The notes under the pieces are model-generated. The model did not search any database. It was given only the letters and a program-made list of their open reading frames with translations, and had not been told where the DNA came from. From the NCBI GenBank assembly GCA_000934665.2, contig KZ537981.1, forward strand, positions 1 to 64,000: a DNA stretch of 64,000 bases, written 5' to 3'. Below, piece by piece: positions 60,126 to 64,000 of the stretch. The stretch is from Catajapyx aquilonaris (lineage: Eukaryota). A program made the position numbers and the translations under genes. How positions within the stretch are numbered: the first letter of the stretch is position 1; each line of letters starts with the position of its first letter.

Positions 60126-63100
60126 TAACCGCATTACAGAAATAGCTTATTCTCTCCTGCACTCTTGCGGTGTGTTGAGGCTTCTTCTCTCCTGCGATAT
60201 GCCAAGCTTTCGACAACAATGTGGTTGATGGACGGTTGGTAGTTCAAAAATAAAAAGTTTCACAGAACACAAACATCATTAAAAATGGTTATTTCCATCT
60301 AGTAGACCGGTAGTTTCCTCTATATACAGTCATGTCTCTGTTGGATCAAATCTGATTTATTGTTTTCAAAGGTTTAATTGAGTTTTAAGGTTGCACTTCA
60401 TCTGTCGAAAAATGGTGTCGAGTTGCACAAATCTGCAAACAAAGAATTATTCTGCTGCGGAGACACACCATACGCAAGGAAAAGAATCGTGCGGATGGAA
60501 AAAGAGCTCCAATAATTTTTTTAATTTTTGTACAGGGGTGTCCGCCGTGGACACCATTGATAAACATGTACACTTTTTTTTATTACGTGGTTATTGCAGC
60601 CAACAGTAAAAATGAAGAGAAAAAAAAGAGCAGTAACAATCAAAACACATCTTGGCGGAGAGCCAGCTTCGGTGAGGAGGATTCAACGAGCAAGGTGCCA
60701 ATTTACGACATGGACATTCAGGAGAGGATATCAAAAGAAAATTTGTAACATGCTTACAAAAAAATATATATTAAACGAACATGTAAAAAAAAATGAAACT
60801 TGCTTCGATTCCAGCTGGCTCGCCATCATATTTACTTGTTTCGTTCTGATTGCGTCATTAGGAGATTCTTCTTGTCTTTCACACCTGACGAAACACTCGA
60901 GGTCATCTCCACCTTTGACCCCGCCCCAGGTCACTTCCAATTGGCTCCACAACAATTGAGCAATTATAATTTTAATCTCGAGAATCTGGAATTAGGTTAA
61001 TAAACCCCTTTCTTCCCTCAATATAATTATCTCTTGTCAGCAGTCAAACACTCGCGATAACATTAATATCACATGTCAAAAAAGTACATATTATTACAAT
61101 AATTACATACCATTCGCGTACTTTTTAATTCCTTCTCTGGCTTGAGCACTTAATCACATTATTTCGCATTTGTCTGCTTTCGTGAGATTATTTTTGCAAC
61201 AATTTTTTTGCGCAAATTAGATGGAACAATTTTCATGTAAAAGGGGCGAGGTCGTATGATGAAGACGACACAGCTCCAATAATAATAAAAATTGCGGGCC
61301 GGCCGCTAGCCTCTACATATTTTTAAAAATAACTATAATTAAAACCATAATTTTACGGGTTTCCTGACCACGTATTGCGGAGCATTAAATACACAGGGGG
61401 ACAACTTGTTTTTGTGTGTTGTACAGAGGCGCACATCCAAAACAAACAAAAAATCCCGCGAGATAATAAAGTCATACACCTCGCGAGGTTTTACAATAAA
61501 TAATAATAATCAAAAAATTGAAAAAATGCACAGCCATTTAGGTGTAAAAAGAACCAGTTTTTTGTACACCAAACAACTTATAAAATAACTTGCTAAAAAA
61601 TCCTCCCTACGGAAAGCTCGCCGGTGTTTTTTTTATATAATAAAAAGTGGAATTGAAATCTCAGAGCCCTTTAAATTGGTGGTTTTTTGAGCATTGGGGG
61701 GAGGGGGTGGGTAGGGAGGAAGTGACGTCACAGTGTTAATTAATTCGTAATTGGTGGCCCGAGAGACGGCTTGTTTAACAGATAATTAAGAAAGTGAAGA
61801 AAATGATCCTTCCTTAGCTTCCATAATTGGAGTCCACCTATACTTGGGTGTAATTATTAATTATTAATTAATAAATAATAATTAAGAGTCGTCGTAAATT
61901 AGGGCTCTTATAAGTCTTATTACACCCGTTGTAACTGGCATCGTGCGACTTATAACGGTAGTAATAATAATAATTAAAGATAAATACGTGACAATTATTG
62001 ATGAGTAAGGAGCGTGAAAATTGAGCAATTAATTTGTAGGAAATGAATCAAATCCGGTTTGAATTTATAGACTCAAGTTATTACCCGTTTTTGAGCAAAT
62101 TGCGCAGAAACCAATATTCCCGTAAGATTGCAGCAGGGTAGCCAGATGAACAAGGCTAAAAATTCTTTAAATATATAATTTGTTAAAATCTCATTTTTTA
62201 AATATAATATCTTACAACGCACCCAGCAGCTTCGTACTTTACACATATACATATGTTTACTCTACATATGTTTTTCAAGACGAAAAAACCGACAAATGTA
62301 CACCTTCCGCCTTCCCAATCTCCACCATTCATTATTTTACACATACAAACACGATTCTATGTACAAGAATCTTCATTATAATAACAAGGTTTTGCGCATC
62401 TGGCAACCTCAATACTCTGCAGCCTTACACGGCCTGTGTAATACAGCGAGGGGGGACCACTTTGTCCGAAACTTTTCTGTTGGGAACGAAACCAGCTGGC
62501 AACACCGGTTGCCATGTGCATGTTGCAATGAGTTGATTTGCGAGGATGGCAAGATATGAACGGAATGTATTTTTTTAAAAAGCCTCTCGGATGCCACAAT
62601 CACGAATTTTTAGTCAAACTATAAAAAAAAGTGAGGGTTTGTGGGTATAGGGGGCCGCCCCTGGTGTTTTTTGAGATTAAAGATAGCAGAGTCACACTGG
62701 TTCAGGGGCGGAAGGGTCGAAACATAAAACTTTGCAAAAATTTTCCCGTTAGTCCCTGACACTGCATATTGCTTTGGGGTTGTTTTTCTTCAAAAAAGAC
62801 ACACCACAATACAGGGATCCCGTTAAACCGATGCCAGGGGGGTCAAAGGTCATAGGTCACACAGAGACTCTCACATTTGAGTCCGGTTGGGGGGGGGGGG
62901 GNCAGGTGGAGGGGCAAAAATGTGGACAAATTGAACGGTGCAAACCAGCAAAAATCTCATTTTTGGCCCTAAGATGTCCAAAAGCGCGTTATGACGAAGG
63001 AGGTTTTTTTTCGCATTTTGTGTGTATTTTTTTTTGCAAGCAATTGCCTATCCTTCACTAGGCTCCGTCAGTTCAAGGGGTGGGAAGGGAGGGTGGGTCT

Positions 63101-63539
63101 ATTTTTAGCACTTTTTCATTACTTTTATGCATTTTTTGGAGGGGGGAAGGGTAAAAGGATTTATTAAGGGTATAAAGTGTGCAATCTCCAAAGTACCTTT
63201 TCACCCGGATAGATGTCACTGCTAGTCTATAGGCGAGGGTGATGCGACGTTGCAACAGTGGCGGTGTTGCCACACGTAAAAATTGGCTCTCGCTGCGCTT
63301 CATCTCGTTAAGTTTGCAAGCCTGATATAGTCTACTATTAATAGTGCTTAGAAACACTGCCGGTCACGATATCCAATCAAGTAGCAATTCAATCGACTTA
63401 ATTTTAAAGTATGATTTAATAAATTTAAGTAATTAATACACATTAAGCATACTTTAAGAAATTTAGGTAAATAATATAAATGAAATATCATTTGATGAAT
63501 TTAAGTAACGAATATATTAATGTGTATAAAAGGCAAAGG

Positions 63540-63690
63540 TTGTCGTTGTGTCCCATTCCCCTCTACCACCCTACTCTGTGCCATAGCAACAGGTCGCCAT
63601 GGCAACTGGGTCACCATGACAACAGTGTGTTACCATAGCAACGGGGTTCTTCCATTCCCGTGTACGAAGAGCGGGTATAAACCTGTTGGT
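63540..63690 (+). mobile_element. Possible Helitron-like 3' end carrying four X-box-like palindromes
   Basis: An attcccg...cgggta hairpin at ~63655-63677 is preceded by four GT(N)NCCATRNCAAC motifs at 63578-63642. Confidence 0.35.
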
Positions 63691-64000
63691 ATGTTAAATA
63701 TAATATTCTACATGTTTAAGTAGTGCATACAAATTAAATGTCATTTAATAAATATAATTAATATTGCTAGGCTTACTCGGGCTTTTTCTGTGAAAGCCTT
63801 TGACTGGGTTTTGATTTGAGGAGAACCCCCGAGAAAAACCACACGATCACTGAGAGAACTGTGTCGTAAAAACATTTCAGCAGTTTACCATTGGTGGGTT
63901 TTTGATCACGTGACCAGCAGGGTTGCCACATTTGTCATGTATAATCGGCTGTGCCTCGTCCCGGACGCCCCTAAAAACTCGTTAACTTTTTTTTTGTTGT

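Overview
Eukaryotic, arthropod-like genomic DNA with short (~50-65 nt) GT-AG introns; all gene models below were built by hand from splice sites and reading-frame phase. The left half is a large minus-strand supervillin (Svil) gene at 7003-27833. It has two phase-compatible alternative 5' ends and a probable intronic-polyadenylation isoform that ends in a hydrophobic membrane tail instead of the gelsolin/headpiece domains. Downstream of Svil lie a frameshifted ARMC8 exon, a LINE relic and a rearranged mosaic copy of Svil (about 1130-4410) containing an ~790-bp inverted repeat that could yield a hairpin RNA against the parent gene. After a gene-poor stretch (28-44 kb) comes a compact cluster: cueball (+), strumpellin/WASHC5 (-), ATP synthase epsilon (+, absent from the ORF track), an uncharacterised Shisa-like single-pass membrane protein (+) and eIF3i (-). 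Several MITEs, a nested palindromic MITE and short tandem repeats are also present.
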